Positions 29,856 to 39,933 of a stretch of DNA of 64,000 bases are shown one piece after another. A program made the position numbers and the translations under genes. Below the pieces are notes generated by a model. The model made no database searches, had not been told where the DNA came from, and saw only the letters and a list, made by a program, of their open reading frames with translations. Origin of the DNA: an uncultured Pirellulaceae bacterium (GTDB taxonomy: Bacteria; Planctomycetota; Planctomycetia; Pirellulales; Pirellulaceae); the NCBI GenBank assembly GCA_938083195.1, contig CALKCK010000038.1, forward strand, positions 8,186-72,185, in the 5' to 3' direction. Every line of letters starts with the position of its first letter. Positions within the stretch are counted from its first letter, which is position 1.

Positions 29856-30782
29856 ATGATTGAATTACGGGGATTTGGAAAAGACTACGGTGAATTCACT
29901 GCTGTCGACTCACTGGATTTGACCATCGCCGAAGGTGAAATGTTTGGCTTTATCGGACCTAATGGCGCCGGCAAAAGCACAAGCATCCGCTTCTTGGCAA
30001 CCCTCCTTCGCGCCTCCCGAGGCGATGGCACCATCAATGGTTACAGTGTGTCGGAGGATCCCATGAATGTGCGGCGGAGCGTCGGCTACATGCCCGATGC
30101 CTTTGGCGTCTACGATGGAATGAAGGTCTGGGAATTTCTCGATTTCTTCGCCGTCGCATATAAGATTGGCCGCACGCAAAGAAAACGAGTGATTAAGGAT
30201 GTACTTGACCTTCTCGATCTCACCTACAAACGCGATGACTTCGTCAATGGACTCTCGCGTGGTATGAAACAGCGACTGTGCCTCGCCAAGACCCTTGTTC
30301 ACGACCCGCCCGTTTTGATCCTCGATGAACCGGCGAGCGGACTCGACCCTCGGGCTCGCATCGAAGTTAAAGCTCTCTTAAAAGAACTGCGACGAATGGG
30401 AAAAACGATCCTCATTTCCAGTCATATTTTGACCGAGTTAGCCGACTGCTGTACTTCTATCGGTATTATCGAAAGAGGGAAATTGCTGATGCACGGCCCA
30501 ATCGATGAGGTCTATAAAAGAATTCGAGGGAACCAGGTTATCGAAGCGAGATTTGGGAAAAATCTCGAAACAGGGCTATCTATCGTCCGCAGCAATCCAG
30601 AAGTACGGGACATCCAAGTCGATGGCTCTAAGCTAATCATTGAATTCACAAGTGCCGAACACAATCCTGCGGAACTGCTTAAGTCACTCATCAAACATGA
30701 AGTGGAAGTGATTAACTTTGGCCAAAAAGATCCCAACCTCGAAGACGTCTTTATGATGGTCACCAAAGGACTGGTTTCCTAG
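29856..30782 (+). CDS. ABC-2/CcmA-type transporter ATP-binding protein
   Basis: GPNGAGKS, LSRGMKQR, LILDEP and SSHIL motifs. Confidence 0.92.
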   Translation: MIELRGFGKDYGEFTAVDSLDLTIAEGEMFGFIGPNGAGKSTSIRFLATLLRASRGDGTINGYSVSEDPMNVRRSVGYMPDAFGVYDGMKVWEFLDFFAVAYKIGRTQRKRVIKDVLDLLDLTYKRDDFVNGLSRGMKQRLCLAKTLVHDPPVLILDEPASGLDPRARIEVKALLKELRRMGKTILISSHILTELADCCTSIGIIERGKLLMHGPIDEVYKRIRGNQVIEARFGKNLETGLSIVRSNPEVRDIQVDGSKLIIEFTSAEHNPAELLKSLIKHEVEVINFGQKDPNLEDVFMMVTKGLVS

Positions 30783-30796
30783 CGTCAAAAAACTGG

Positions 30797-31351
30797 CTAA
30801 TCCAACAAGATTGAACTTGGTCCGGAATCCATTCCGCCGCCAGACTCCCATTGGCGGCGTATCTCACGGAGTCCGTAGCAACACAAATCATAACGATCGC
30901 TAAGACGCTCGAGCAACGTGGACGGAGGCGACTCGGCCACCGGCGCTTCGATTTCACTTGCAATGCGATAAGAACGTTTGCCAAACGCGCAATAAGTCTC
31001 AAACCGACCCGACGAATCTGACTCACCATCTCGCAAAGCTTCGGGATAGAGGCCGGCCCAAAACAAAGTAAAGTCACCGATATGCAAATGCACCTCTCGC
31101 CTTGCATTACCTAAACGATCGGAGGCCTCTGCTACCATTTCGTGAACGCTCATGATCGGTCGCCCCGTGACGCTACGAATCCGATGAATCATATCGCTGC
31201 GAGTTGATCGAATTAAAAGCTCGGTGAGATAGTCAATCAACAACGGATCGACAACACCTAATTGCGAATGAAAAGTGTGTTCGGCTAAACCAGCAAAATA
31301 TCGCTGAATTGCCGACCTTGGCTCGGGTGTATTTTCTGACTGCTCTGGCAT
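30797..31351 (-). CDS. Conserved-looking hypothetical protein
   Basis: 184 aa, predicted helical, IGDFTLFWAGLYPE motif. GGAGG-type RBS upstream (AACGGAGGTTCAAG-ATG on the minus strand). Confidence 0.65.
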   Translation of the reverse strand: MPEQSENTPEPRSAIQRYFAGLAEHTFHSQLGVVDPLLIDYLTELLIRSTRSDMIHRIRSVTGRPIMSVHEMVAEASDRLGNARREVHLHIGDFTLFWAGLYPEALRDGESDSSGRFETYCAFGKRSYRIASEIEAPVAESPPSTLLERLSDRYDLCCYGLREIRRQWESGGGMDSGPSSILLD

Positions 31352-31611
31352 CTTGAACCTCCGTTCACATCGATAAATCGAATCAGCCGTTTGAACAACT
31401 GTAGTGCCGGAGTGAACCGGGGGTCAAGACATTTTGTGCAAGCACTTAAAGGAAAAAATCACAACCATTAGCCGTGTTGGCCGTAGCGAACGTAGGGATT
31501 AATCAGCAATTCACCGCTCGTAATCAGCGTTCGTCTTCACGTCCATTACAGGACACTTTTTCTCAGCAGGGAAAGCAATCCGACTCAATTGCCAGAGATC
31601 CTAGAGCTGAA

Positions 31612-32421
31612 TCAGTCATTAATCGCCGACAACATCCCTTGAGCAAATCCCCCAACGTCGTCCATAACATCCTGATTTTTCGATTGATCATTCGTCGCCG
31701 CGGCAATTCGGCGGACGATCGCTGAACCAACAATCAAACCGTCTGCGACTGGTTTCAAGACTTCGACGTGTTCAAGTTTACTAATCCCAAAACCGACGCA
31801 AATTGGCAGATCGGTAACCGACCTCAACCACTTCAGATTATCCGCGAGATCGGAAGGAAGCTCGGTTCGCTCACCTGTGATTCCTGTAATCGACACGTAG
31901 TAGATAAAACCTGTGGTCTGTTCGGCGATTTGCACCGCCCGATCACGTGGCGTGGTGGGGGTGATTAATTGGATGAGACTAAAGTCGAGCAACTTGCACT
32001 TCGCCGCCAATTCGTCCGACTCATCAACTGGCATGTCAGGCACGATCGCCCCTGAAATCCCAGCAGCAATCGCCTGCCGAAGATATTCGTCGATTCCCAT
32101 TCGATAGATAATCGCGTAACTCACCATCGTAACGATCGGCATTGAAATTTCAGCGGTCACGTCGGAAGCCATCGCAAAAATACCGTTTAACTTGGTCCCC
32201 CCGTTAAGCGAGCGAGTGTAAGAAGCTTGAATCACGGGGCCATCAGCAATTGGATCGCTGTAGGGGATTCCCAATTCAGCGAGGTGGCATCCTTCGGCAT
32301 CCAATCGCCTCAGCATTGCCGCCGTAAATTCCAAGTTAGGATCACCGGCGGTTACAAACGGCATGAACGCTTTTTTGCCTTCAGCTTTTAACCTTTGAAA
32401 AAGTTTGTCGATCGCCGACAT
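31612..32421 (-). CDS. trpA: Tryptophan synthase alpha chain
   Basis: FVTAGDP, ELGIPYSDPIADGPVIQ, GITGER and VGFGIS. Confidence 0.95.
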   Translation of the reverse strand: MSAIDKLFQRLKAEGKKAFMPFVTAGDPNLEFTAAMLRRLDAEGCHLAELGIPYSDPIADGPVIQASYTRSLNGGTKLNGIFAMASDVTAEISMPIVTMVSYAIIYRMGIDEYLRQAIAAGISGAIVPDMPVDESDELAAKCKLLDFSLIQLITPTTPRDRAVQIAEQTTGFIYYVSITGITGERTELPSDLADNLKWLRSVTDLPICVGFGISKLEHVEVLKPVADGLIVGSAIVRRIAAATNDQSKNQDVMDDVGGFAQGMLSAIND

Positions 32422-32486
32422 AGAAAGTTCCTGTGTTGTGCTGATACGTTGAAGTTATGAAAGAACTAAAACCAATTGGGGCATTT

Positions 32487-33725
32487 TTAAATCCGTCGAG
32501 CTGTCGCTTCATTTTTTAAGCGTTGGATCTCGCCAGCGTCTTTATCACCGCGACCTGAAAGACAGATGATAACTACCTCATCTTTTCCACGCTCTTTCGC
32601 AACTTCCATCCCTTTGGCAATCGCATGAGAGGTTTCCAAGGCAGGTAAAATACCTTCATTGCGGGCCACTAAATCGAAAGCCGCAAGTGCTTCATCGTCT
32701 CGGCAACTACGATACTCAACGCGACCAGTTGATTTCCAATGGCTATGCTCCGGGCCAACTCCCGGATAATCAAGGCCGGCCGAGGCAGAGTGGACGTCGT
32801 CCGTCTGCCCATCTTCGTCCTGCAAAACGTAACTAAAACTTCCGTGCAAAACGCCGGGCTTTCCAAACGTCAAACTGGAAGCATGACGACCGGGTTGATC
32901 ACTCTCTCCTCCAGCTTCTACGCCCACCAAGGGGACATCTGTCTCGGCAACAAATGGATAGAACATACCCGCAGCATTGCTGCCTCCACCCACACAGGCC
33001 ACTACCGCATCTGGCAATCGCCCGAACCGTTCTTGCGATTGCCGAATCGTCTCACGCCCAATCACTGCCTGATAGTCTCGCACAATTAAAGGGAATGGAT
33101 GGGGGCCGACAACTGAACCCAAAATGTAGTGCGTCTCCCCAACAGAACTCATCCAATCTCGCATCGCCTGATTAACCGCGTCGCGAAGTGTCCGCGATCC
33201 AGTCGTCACAGGACAGATTTCAGCCCCAAGCATTTTCATGCTCTGAACATTGGGCTGTTGGCGACGGATATCTTCTTCGCCCATGTAGATAACGCAGGGA
33301 ATACCAAAATGTGCACAGGCGGTCGCCGTTGCGACACCATGCTGTCCCGCACCGGTCTCCGCAATAACTCTTTTTTTACCCATTCGCATGGTTAGCAGAG
33401 CCTGCCCCAGAGTACTGTTAATTTTATGCGCACCCGTATGATTCAAATCCTCTCGCTTGAACCAAATCTGGGCACCACCGCAATGCTCCGTTAATCGCTT
33501 GGCAAAATAGAGTGGGGAAGGGCGGCCCACAAAATCACGAAGCAATACGTCCAGTTCCGCCTGGAAGGCTGGGTCTTTCCGCGATTGATAATACTCTGTT
33601 TCAAGTTGATCGAGTGCGGCAATGAGCGTCTCAGGAACAAACCGCCCGCCAAACTCCCCAAAACGCCCTTTCTCATCGGGCAGACTGGCATCGGGACTTG
33701 GTTCCGGTAAAAAATGACTGGTCAT
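32487..33725 (-). CDS. trpB: Tryptophan synthase beta chain
   Basis: [14 protein letters not shown] (PLP Lys), [30 protein letters not shown] and LSGRGDKD. Confidence 0.96.
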   Translation of the reverse strand: MTSHFLPEPSPDASLPDEKGRFGEFGGRFVPETLIAALDQLETEYYQSRKDPAFQAELDVLLRDFVGRPSPLYFAKRLTEHCGGAQIWFKREDLNHTGAHKINSTLGQALLTMRMGKKRVIAETGAGQHGVATATACAHFGIPCVIYMGEEDIRRQQPNVQSMKMLGAEICPVTTGSRTLRDAVNQAMRDWMSSVGETHYILGSVVGPHPFPLIVRDYQAVIGRETIRQSQERFGRLPDAVVACVGGGSNAAGMFYPFVAETDVPLVGVEAGGESDQPGRHASSLTFGKPGVLHGSFSYVLQDEDGQTDDVHSASAGLDYPGVGPEHSHWKSTGRVEYRSCRDDEALAAFDLVARNEGILPALETSHAIAKGMEVAKERGKDEVVIICLSGRGDKDAGEIQRLKNEATARRI

Positions 33726-33989
33726 AAATTATCGTTTAAATCAAATTAAGAAAAAAAAATTCACTGCTGAAAACATCCAGTTGCCAGATTGTTTCCGCCA
33801 TTATCTTGATTGTAACCGGTTATCGTTTCTCGTCATAACCTTTGTCGATATAAAGGGGCAGGGCTTGAAATTCCAGCAAAGCTAATTCCTAATTACCCCA
33901 AAACCCTCACGACCAGAATTCTGCCAGTCAATAGCCTCCGCAAACTGCAAATACCGCCGATTAGTCCCTCGCTCAAGAGTTTATTCCCA

Positions 33990-34829
33990 ATGCCCGAATT
34001 GCCCGAAGTTGAAACGATGCGAAGAGGAATCCTCGAAATCGTCGGCGCGACGATTGTCAAAGCAGAACGAACGCCATGCTCCAAACGCCCAATCGTGATC
34101 AAGCCAAGAATCGACCATTTAAATAAACGCGTACAGGGTAAGACAATCACCAGCGTTGACCGACTTGGCAAACGCGTTGTCATCCGACTTAATTCAGATG
34201 ATCGACTTATTTTCGAACCACGAATGACTGGTTTAGTATTAATTGCCGATCCGCCCACGAAAGAGCATTTAAGATTCTGTCTGCAACTAAAAAAATGCCC
34301 TATCAAAAAAGTACTTTTTTGGGATCGGCGGGGACTTGGCAATGTTACGCTGCTGTCACCAAGTGAATATGAAACAAAATTGACCGATGGCAAACTTGGC
34401 CCTGACGCGTTGGCAATCTCTTCGGTCGACTTTCCGACACGGTTCAAAGGTACCCAGCGAGAAATTAAAATCGCTATGCTGGATCAAAAAATTGTACTCG
34501 GCATTGGCAATCTTTATGCAGCCGAAATCTTACACCTCGCTGGAGTCCACCCGCAAACACGATGCGATCAGATAACGGCAAAAAGATGGAAGCTCATCTA
34601 TCAGAGGATGATCGAAGTCTTTGAACTGGCAATCGAGTACGAAGGCTCAACGCTTTCCGATGGCACGTATCGCAACGCCATCAACGGAGAAGGGAGTTTT
34701 CAAAACGAACACCGTGTATACGACCGCGAAGGTCAGGCTTGCCCGAGATGCAAGGACGCGAAAATAATTCGAATCGTGCAAGCTCAGCGGGCAACCTTTT
34801 TCTGCAAGCAGTGCCAGACCAAGCGGTAG
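33990..34829 (+). CDS. mutM: Formamidopyrimidine-DNA glycosylase
   Basis: MPELPEVET, RLGK, RMTG, GIGNLYAAEIL and a C-terminal CPRC...FCKQCQ Zn finger. Confidence 0.93.
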   Translation: MPELPEVETMRRGILEIVGATIVKAERTPCSKRPIVIKPRIDHLNKRVQGKTITSVDRLGKRVVIRLNSDDRLIFEPRMTGLVLIADPPTKEHLRFCLQLKKCPIKKVLFWDRRGLGNVTLLSPSEYETKLTDGKLGPDALAISSVDFPTRFKGTQREIKIAMLDQKIVLGIGNLYAAEILHLAGVHPQTRCDQITAKRWKLIYQRMIEVFELAIEYEGSTLSDGTYRNAINGEGSFQNEHRVYDREGQACPRCKDAKIIRIVQAQRATFFCKQCQTKR

Positions 34830-34859
34830 CCCTGGCACGTCCTACTGACCAATCTTCGC

Positions 34860-35708
34860 TTAAGTACCTGTCGTCGCGTTGACCTGCGAAACCGCGCCGG
34901 TAATGCCTCTTCCTAACTGGACAGGCGGCTTCTGTTTTTCCATGGGAAACATCAACGTGAAGCAAGTTCCTTTTCCAAGACTGCTTTCGACGCGAATCTT
35001 TCCACCATGGGCTTCGATGATATTTTTACAGGTTGATAAACCCACACCGGTTCCACCTTTTCCAGTTTCGTCCGGCCCCGCCTTGGTTGAGTAAAACGGA
35101 TCAAATATCTTTCGCAATTTTTCCTGTGAAATTCCCGGACCGTAATCTCTCACGCTCAAGTCAACGGTATTGTTCTGAAGGTTTTTCTTTAGCTTGATCA
35201 CCAGTTGACCACCCTCACTCATCGCCTGACGAGCATTGATCAAGAGGTTCATCAACACCTGCTGAACTTGATTGCCGATGGCGGAAATCTCTGGAATATC
35301 CTTGTCGATGTCCATGTCGACTGAGATGCGATACTTTTGCATCTCTCGTTCCAACAACACCATCGACTCGTCGATCAACTTACTGACATCTGTCAGCTCG
35401 AAGTGCTCACTTCGATTTCGCGCCATCCCAAGCACAGCATTGGTAATCTTGGCTGCACGCATTCCTGCGTTGTTTATCTTATCGAACGCCTTGTCACGGG
35501 TCTGCTTGTCGTCGTGACGCATCCCCATCTTGGCGTAGTTAATAATCGTCATGAGAACATTATTAAACTCATGGGTCGTGGTACTCACGAGCTCACCGAG
35601 TGCTGTCATTCTCTGAGACTGATCGAGTTGCTTTTTCAACGCATCGATCTCGCCTCGGAGGCGTTGAATTTCGTTCTGCTGCCCGTCGCTCACAAGCGGT
35701 CCCTCCAT
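34860..35708 (-). CDS. Soluble histidine kinase core (HisKA + HATPase) without a sensor domain
   Basis: THEFNN H-box, NLLINA N-box, DYGPGI, FDPFYSTK and GTGVGL. Only a short coiled-coil precedes the H-box. Confidence 0.87.
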   Translation of the reverse strand: MEGPLVSDGQQNEIQRLRGEIDALKKQLDQSQRMTALGELVSTTTHEFNNVLMTIINYAKMGMRHDDKQTRDKAFDKINNAGMRAAKITNAVLGMARNRSEHFELTDVSKLIDESMVLLEREMQKYRISVDMDIDKDIPEISAIGNQVQQVLMNLLINARQAMSEGGQLVIKLKKNLQNNTVDLSVRDYGPGISQEKLRKIFDPFYSTKAGPDETGKGGTGVGLSTCKNIIEAHGGKIRVESSLGKGTCFTLMFPMEKQKPPVQLGRGITGAVSQVNATTGT

Positions 35709-36034
35709 GGTCGTTATATTTTAGGCATCCCGCACCGATGCGAACCTCAACCCGGCCCGCGTAGGCCTCCTGCCTTACCTCTTTGCCAAAAACTACGAGA
35801 ACTACTTAAAATCGTGATTTTTACCCGCGATTCGCCGCTTTTCCCATAGATAGAGCTATCGTCCGATTAGTGTGGGCGGCTAAACCCCGAGTCTCTATAA
35901 TCGGGTTGGGTAAGAGGCGTTTTTTCTACGCTTGAAAATCATCGCCTCTACATTGCACCAAGGCAATCAAAATCGCCTTGCGCTGCCCTCAACAACGTCA
36001 AGGAATGACGGTTTGCCACAGACAAGGAACGTCG

Positions 36035-36292
36035 ATGAGTACAATTCAAGAATTTGATCAACTAGTCGCGATTGCCGAGACGCTTGGCTATCGCATCCGT
36101 TACGACTACTTCGGAGGCACCGGCGGGGGCGTCTGTGAGTTCGCAGGTACAAAATGGCTATTTCTCGACCTCGCACTCACGTGTAGTGAACAACTCGAGC
36201 AACTCCAGATTACGCTGGCCAATGAACCACTTCTTTCTACGCTAAATCTTGATGATTCAATTCGGGACAAACTATCCAAGCGAGTCGCCTGA
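36035..36292 (+). CDS. Small hypothetical protein
   Basis: AAGGAA RBS before ATG 36035; 85 aa, YFGGTGGGVCEF motif. Confidence 0.65.
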   Translation: MSTIQEFDQLVAIAETLGYRIRYDYFGGTGGGVCEFAGTKWLFLDLALTCSEQLEQLQITLANEPLLSTLNLDDSIRDKLSKRVA

Positions 36293-36325
36293 TTCTCTTA
36301 GATGAGGAACCTTAAAACGCTGGAA

Positions 36326-36592
36326 CTAATGGTGGTACCAGCACCTGAGAAATTGATGCCAACGACTCGGATTATCTCCACTAGTACCGATCGAGGCATC
36401 TGCGGACCCTTCTTCCCAGCGACTCCAAATATTGGGAAGCACAACTGTTTCCATACTGACGATTTTTATTTCGTTATCTGCGATCCACTGGTTCGCTGCC
36501 TGGACCGCCGCCTCAAAGGATTCATGCTTACCCGGGTTCAAAAAACCGGGCGCCACAATTTCCTTGGGAACAAAATCTTTATATTTCAGCAT
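36326..36592 (-). CDS. Small hypothetical protein
   Basis: 88 aa, 15 nt downstream of nadD on the same strand; KDFVP...ETVVLPN...WHQFLRCWY. Confidence 0.65.
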   Translation of the reverse strand: MLKYKDFVPKEIVAPGFLNPGKHESFEAAVQAANQWIADNEIKIVSMETVVLPNIWSRWEEGSADASIGTSGDNPSRWHQFLRCWYHH

Positions 36593-36607
36593 TTTGATAC
36601 TCTCTCA

Positions 36608-37219
36608 CTATTTTTGACAATATAGCTTTTGGGTCTCAATGTATTTTTCTACTGCACGCGGAGTAAGATAGCGAATACTTTGTTGCTTCTCTATTTTTTT
36701 GCGGATTTGCCGACTTTGAATATCAATCAATGGACTGACAATCGAATGACGACAAAAAGACTCGTACCGTTGCGAATCTACATATTTTTTCAATACCGAT
36801 AAGTCGACCTCTTTGGCGTTCGGTCGACCAACAACCAGCGGGATTGCGAGTTGACATATTTCACTCGGTTCGCGCCAAGTATCAAAATTGTCCAGCGAGT
36901 CTGCGCCGAGTAACAAGAATAATTCATCGTCGGCGTGTAATTCACGAATTGCTTTGAGTGTGTCAACGGTATAACTTACGCCACCGCGGTCGATCTCAAT
37001 ACGTGCCAGTTGAAACGCTGGATGCCCTGCTATCGCGAGCTCGATCATTTCGATCCGCTGCCGATCAGTCCCTTGAGCCCCACGTTCTTTGTCAGGGCTC
37101 AACGCGCAGGGGACAAACCAAACCGCATCCAAGCCTGCCTGCTCCCGACACTGCTCCGCAAGGATCAAGTGGCCTTGATGAATTGGATCGAACGACCCTC
37201 CAAACACTCCAATACGCAT
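36608..37219 (-). CDS. nadD: Nicotinate-nucleotide adenylyltransferase
   Basis: MRIGVFGGSFDPIHQGH (HxGH), SYTVDT, LLGADS and IQSRQIR. Start moved to ATG 37219. Confidence 0.93.
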   Translation of the reverse strand: MRIGVFGGSFDPIHQGHLILAEQCREQAGLDAVWFVPCALSPDKERGAQGTDRQRIEMIELAIAGHPAFQLARIEIDRGGVSYTVDTLKAIRELHADDELFLLLGADSLDNFDTWREPSEICQLAIPLVVGRPNAKEVDLSVLKKYVDSQRYESFCRHSIVSPLIDIQSRQIRKKIEKQQSIRYLTPRAVEKYIETQKLYCQK

Positions 37220-37460
37220 ACTTTTATCAACCTTTTGTTTATTAAATCTGTCTCTCACCTCCGGAACCTAACACAACTTGGAATTATAAACTACTAGCGT
37301 AAATTTTTGAAAATCCATAAGCTGGCCGATCTTCACTCACCAAAAAATCAATACAAACAGTAGACCACTTTTAAGTAATCGCACTCACTCTCACAAATAT
37401 TCCCCTTGGAACGTGGGCAGCGTGACCCTACGTGTCAACCGAATCTGATATGTTAGTTCA

Positions 37461-39758
37461 ATGGACCAGCAATCTCTTTTCAACGTCGAACCTCCTCCCT
37501 GGCAATTGGATGATCAGGATGACTGGCTGGCGGCCCGGATCGTGTTCCCTGGTGCTCCCTACGGTCCTTATGACTACTCGATACCAGCCGAATTGGAACA
37601 AGCTGTTCGACCAGGGGTGCGAGTCGAGGTGAATCTCGGACGTGGCAACCGAATTATGATTGGTTACTGCGTTGAAATCATTGGTCCTTGCCACCCAGCC
37701 GCTCGCACGGTGAATCCCCAAAAATTAAAACCCATTGGACGGGTTCTCGACCCCCAACCCCTGATCAACGCTCCGTTGCTTGGCCTCGCCAATTGGATTA
37801 GCGAATATTACCTCTGCCCCGTGGGCCAAGTCATTGAAACGATCGTTCCACCTGGTGTTCGTAATAAATCGGGCACCCGCGAAATGCTATTTTTAAGCCC
37901 TGCCGAAGATTTGCAGCAACGCACCAAGACGATGAAGTTGTCGCAACTTCAAAGCACTATCCTAAAGACGCTTGTCAGCAGTGTCCAAGACTGGACACCA
38001 CGTGAACTCGCTGAAACCGTTGGCTGCACGCAGGGGCCTATCTCAACTCTTCGAAAAAAAGGATTGATTGTTGCAACGTCTAAACGCGTCCAACAAAAGA
38101 CCCATGAAATACCCCGCGAAAAAAGGATGGCCGACTTAGTCCTAAACGAAGAACAGAAAAACGCTCTCGACAAAATCAATCAACATATCGATGCCGATAC
38201 TCATCGCACATTTTTAATGCGAGGCGTCACTGGAAGCGGGAAGACAGAAGTCTATATTCGAGCCATTCAAAAAGTTGTTGAGTTTGGGAAACAGGCCATT
38301 GTGCTAGTACCTGAAATCAGTCTCACACCTCAAACACGTCAACGGTTTCGAGCTCGTTTTGACCGTGTCGCAGTTTTACACTCCCACCTAACGGCTGCTC
38401 AACGAGCATGGCACTGGCAGGAAATCGCAGCCGGCCGCGTTCAAGTAATTATTGGAGCACGCAGTGCAATCTTTGCCCCAACACCCCGGTTAGGGTTGAT
38501 CGTTCTCGATGAAGAGCACGACGGATCTTTCAAACAAGATAAAGCACCCAGATACCACGCTCGAGATGTTGCCGATTGGCGAGCCAGCTACGAAGGCATC
38601 CCTTTGGTACTCGGATCGGCAACACCTTCGCTCGAATCATGGCAGCGAACCATCGAGGGAAAATATGAAAAACTTTCTCTTGAAAAACGAGTTCTAGACT
38701 TGCCACTCCCCGATGTTGCCACCATCGACCTTCGCGTTGATTTTGGCGGAAGAAAACGTTTCGGCCCCATCAGCCAAAAACTTCGGCAGGAAATCACTCA
38801 AGCGGTTTCCAACGGAGGGCAAGTCATTCTGCTGCTTAATCGCCGTGGTTTCTCCACTCGCATCCAATGCCCTGGTTGCGGAAATGTAGAGACCTGCCCC
38901 GACTGCTCGATTCCACTGACCCATCATGTCGACGGCAATAAAGCAGTTTGCCATTATTGTGATCATCAAATCCCCGAACCAAAAAAATGTTCGCAATGCG
39001 GGAACGATTCCATTCGGTTTTCAGGGCTGGGAACGCAGCGATTGGCAGCCACTGTGGCCGCCATGTTCCCCGAGGTACCTATGATGCGAATGGACACGGA
39101 CACGATGCGGAAACCAGGAAGCCATGAAAAAGCGCTTGCCAAATTTCGCAGTGGTGAAATCAAAATCCTCTTGGGAACTCAAATGATCGCCAAGGGACTT
39201 GATTTCCCAAATGTCACCCTCGTGGGAGTCATTAACGCCGACACCGCACTCCATCTTCCTGATTTCCGGGCAGCCGAACGTACATTCGGATTGGTCACGC
39301 AAGTCGCAGGACGAACCGGACGAGGAGAAAAAGGAGGCCGGGTACTGGTTCAAACATTTGACCCCGAACACAAAGCCATCCAAGCTGCAACGCGCCATGA
39401 TTATCTCGGTTTCGCCGCGGAGGAACTGCCTCATCGCGACGAATTCAAATACCCACCTTTTGGGTTTCAAGCGAGAATCGTTATTCGCGGCGAATTGGAG
39501 TCGAAAGCCGAACAAATGGCAGATCATATTGCTGAACAAATTGAATTTGCCTCTGAAAAACTAGCAGTCGAAGTCTCTGTTCTGGGGCCGGCTGCCGCCC
39601 CTGTCGAAAAGCTCCGCGGGAAATTTCGTTTTCATATGCTCCTAAGTTCAGAGAGCCCCGGCACTTTGCAATCCGTCGTTCAACTCGCTCAAAAAACCAT
39701 TAAATCAATCAATGATGTGCAATGGATCGTCGACGTAGACCCACAGGACATGATGTAA
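37461..39758 (+). CDS. priA: Primosomal protein N' (replication restart helicase)
   Basis: GVTGSGKTEVY, LVPEISLTPQ, DEEH, four CxxC Zn motifs, GTQMIAKGLDFP and QVAGRTGR. Confidence 0.96.
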   Translation: MDQQSLFNVEPPPWQLDDQDDWLAARIVFPGAPYGPYDYSIPAELEQAVRPGVRVEVNLGRGNRIMIGYCVEIIGPCHPAARTVNPQKLKPIGRVLDPQPLINAPLLGLANWISEYYLCPVGQVIETIVPPGVRNKSGTREMLFLSPAEDLQQRTKTMKLSQLQSTILKTLVSSVQDWTPRELAETVGCTQGPISTLRKKGLIVATSKRVQQKTHEIPREKRMADLVLNEEQKNALDKINQHIDADTHRTFLMRGVTGSGKTEVYIRAIQKVVEFGKQAIVLVPEISLTPQTRQRFRARFDRVAVLHSHLTAAQRAWHWQEIAAGRVQVIIGARSAIFAPTPRLGLIVLDEEHDGSFKQDKAPRYHARDVADWRASYEGIPLVLGSATPSLESWQRTIEGKYEKLSLEKRVLDLPLPDVATIDLRVDFGGRKRFGPISQKLRQEITQAVSNGGQVILLLNRRGFSTRIQCPGCGNVETCPDCSIPLTHHVDGNKAVCHYCDHQIPEPKKCSQCGNDSIRFSGLGTQRLAATVAAMFPEVPMMRMDTDTMRKPGSHEKALAKFRSGEIKILLGTQMIAKGLDFPNVTLVGVINADTALHLPDFRAAERTFGLVTQVAGRTGRGEKGGRVLVQTFDPEHKAIQAATRHDYLGFAAEELPHRDEFKYPPFGFQARIVIRGELESKAEQMADHIAEQIEFASEKLAVEVSVLGPAAAPVEKLRGKFRFHMLLSSESPGTLQSVVQLAQKTIKSINDVQWIVDVDPQDMM

Positions 39759-39933
39759 TTGCGTCCTTGCGAACACTTCAGAGCACCTTTGTTCCCCACA
39801 AATCACCTAACTTTGTGAGCCTCTGGATCTTGCAGCGACTTTCCGATCGCACCCGTTTCGCTCTGGCTTGGTTTACGGAGCACTCCTACAATGGATTAAC
39901 GAGTAAATTTATTCAATAGAAGCCCAAACTCCT

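Noticed and set aside
33726-33989. trp attenuator/leader peptide upstream of trpB
   Set aside because: No tandem Trp codons (CCACCA on the plus strand) and no terminator hairpin with U-tract seen.
33893-34447. 184-aa minus-strand ORF and other 100-200-aa antisense ORFs (e.g. 5379-5879, 10101-region plus-strand ORFs, 45510-46115, 57782-58498, 60599-61036)
   Set aside because: They lie wholly opposite well-supported genes and show no recognisable motifs.
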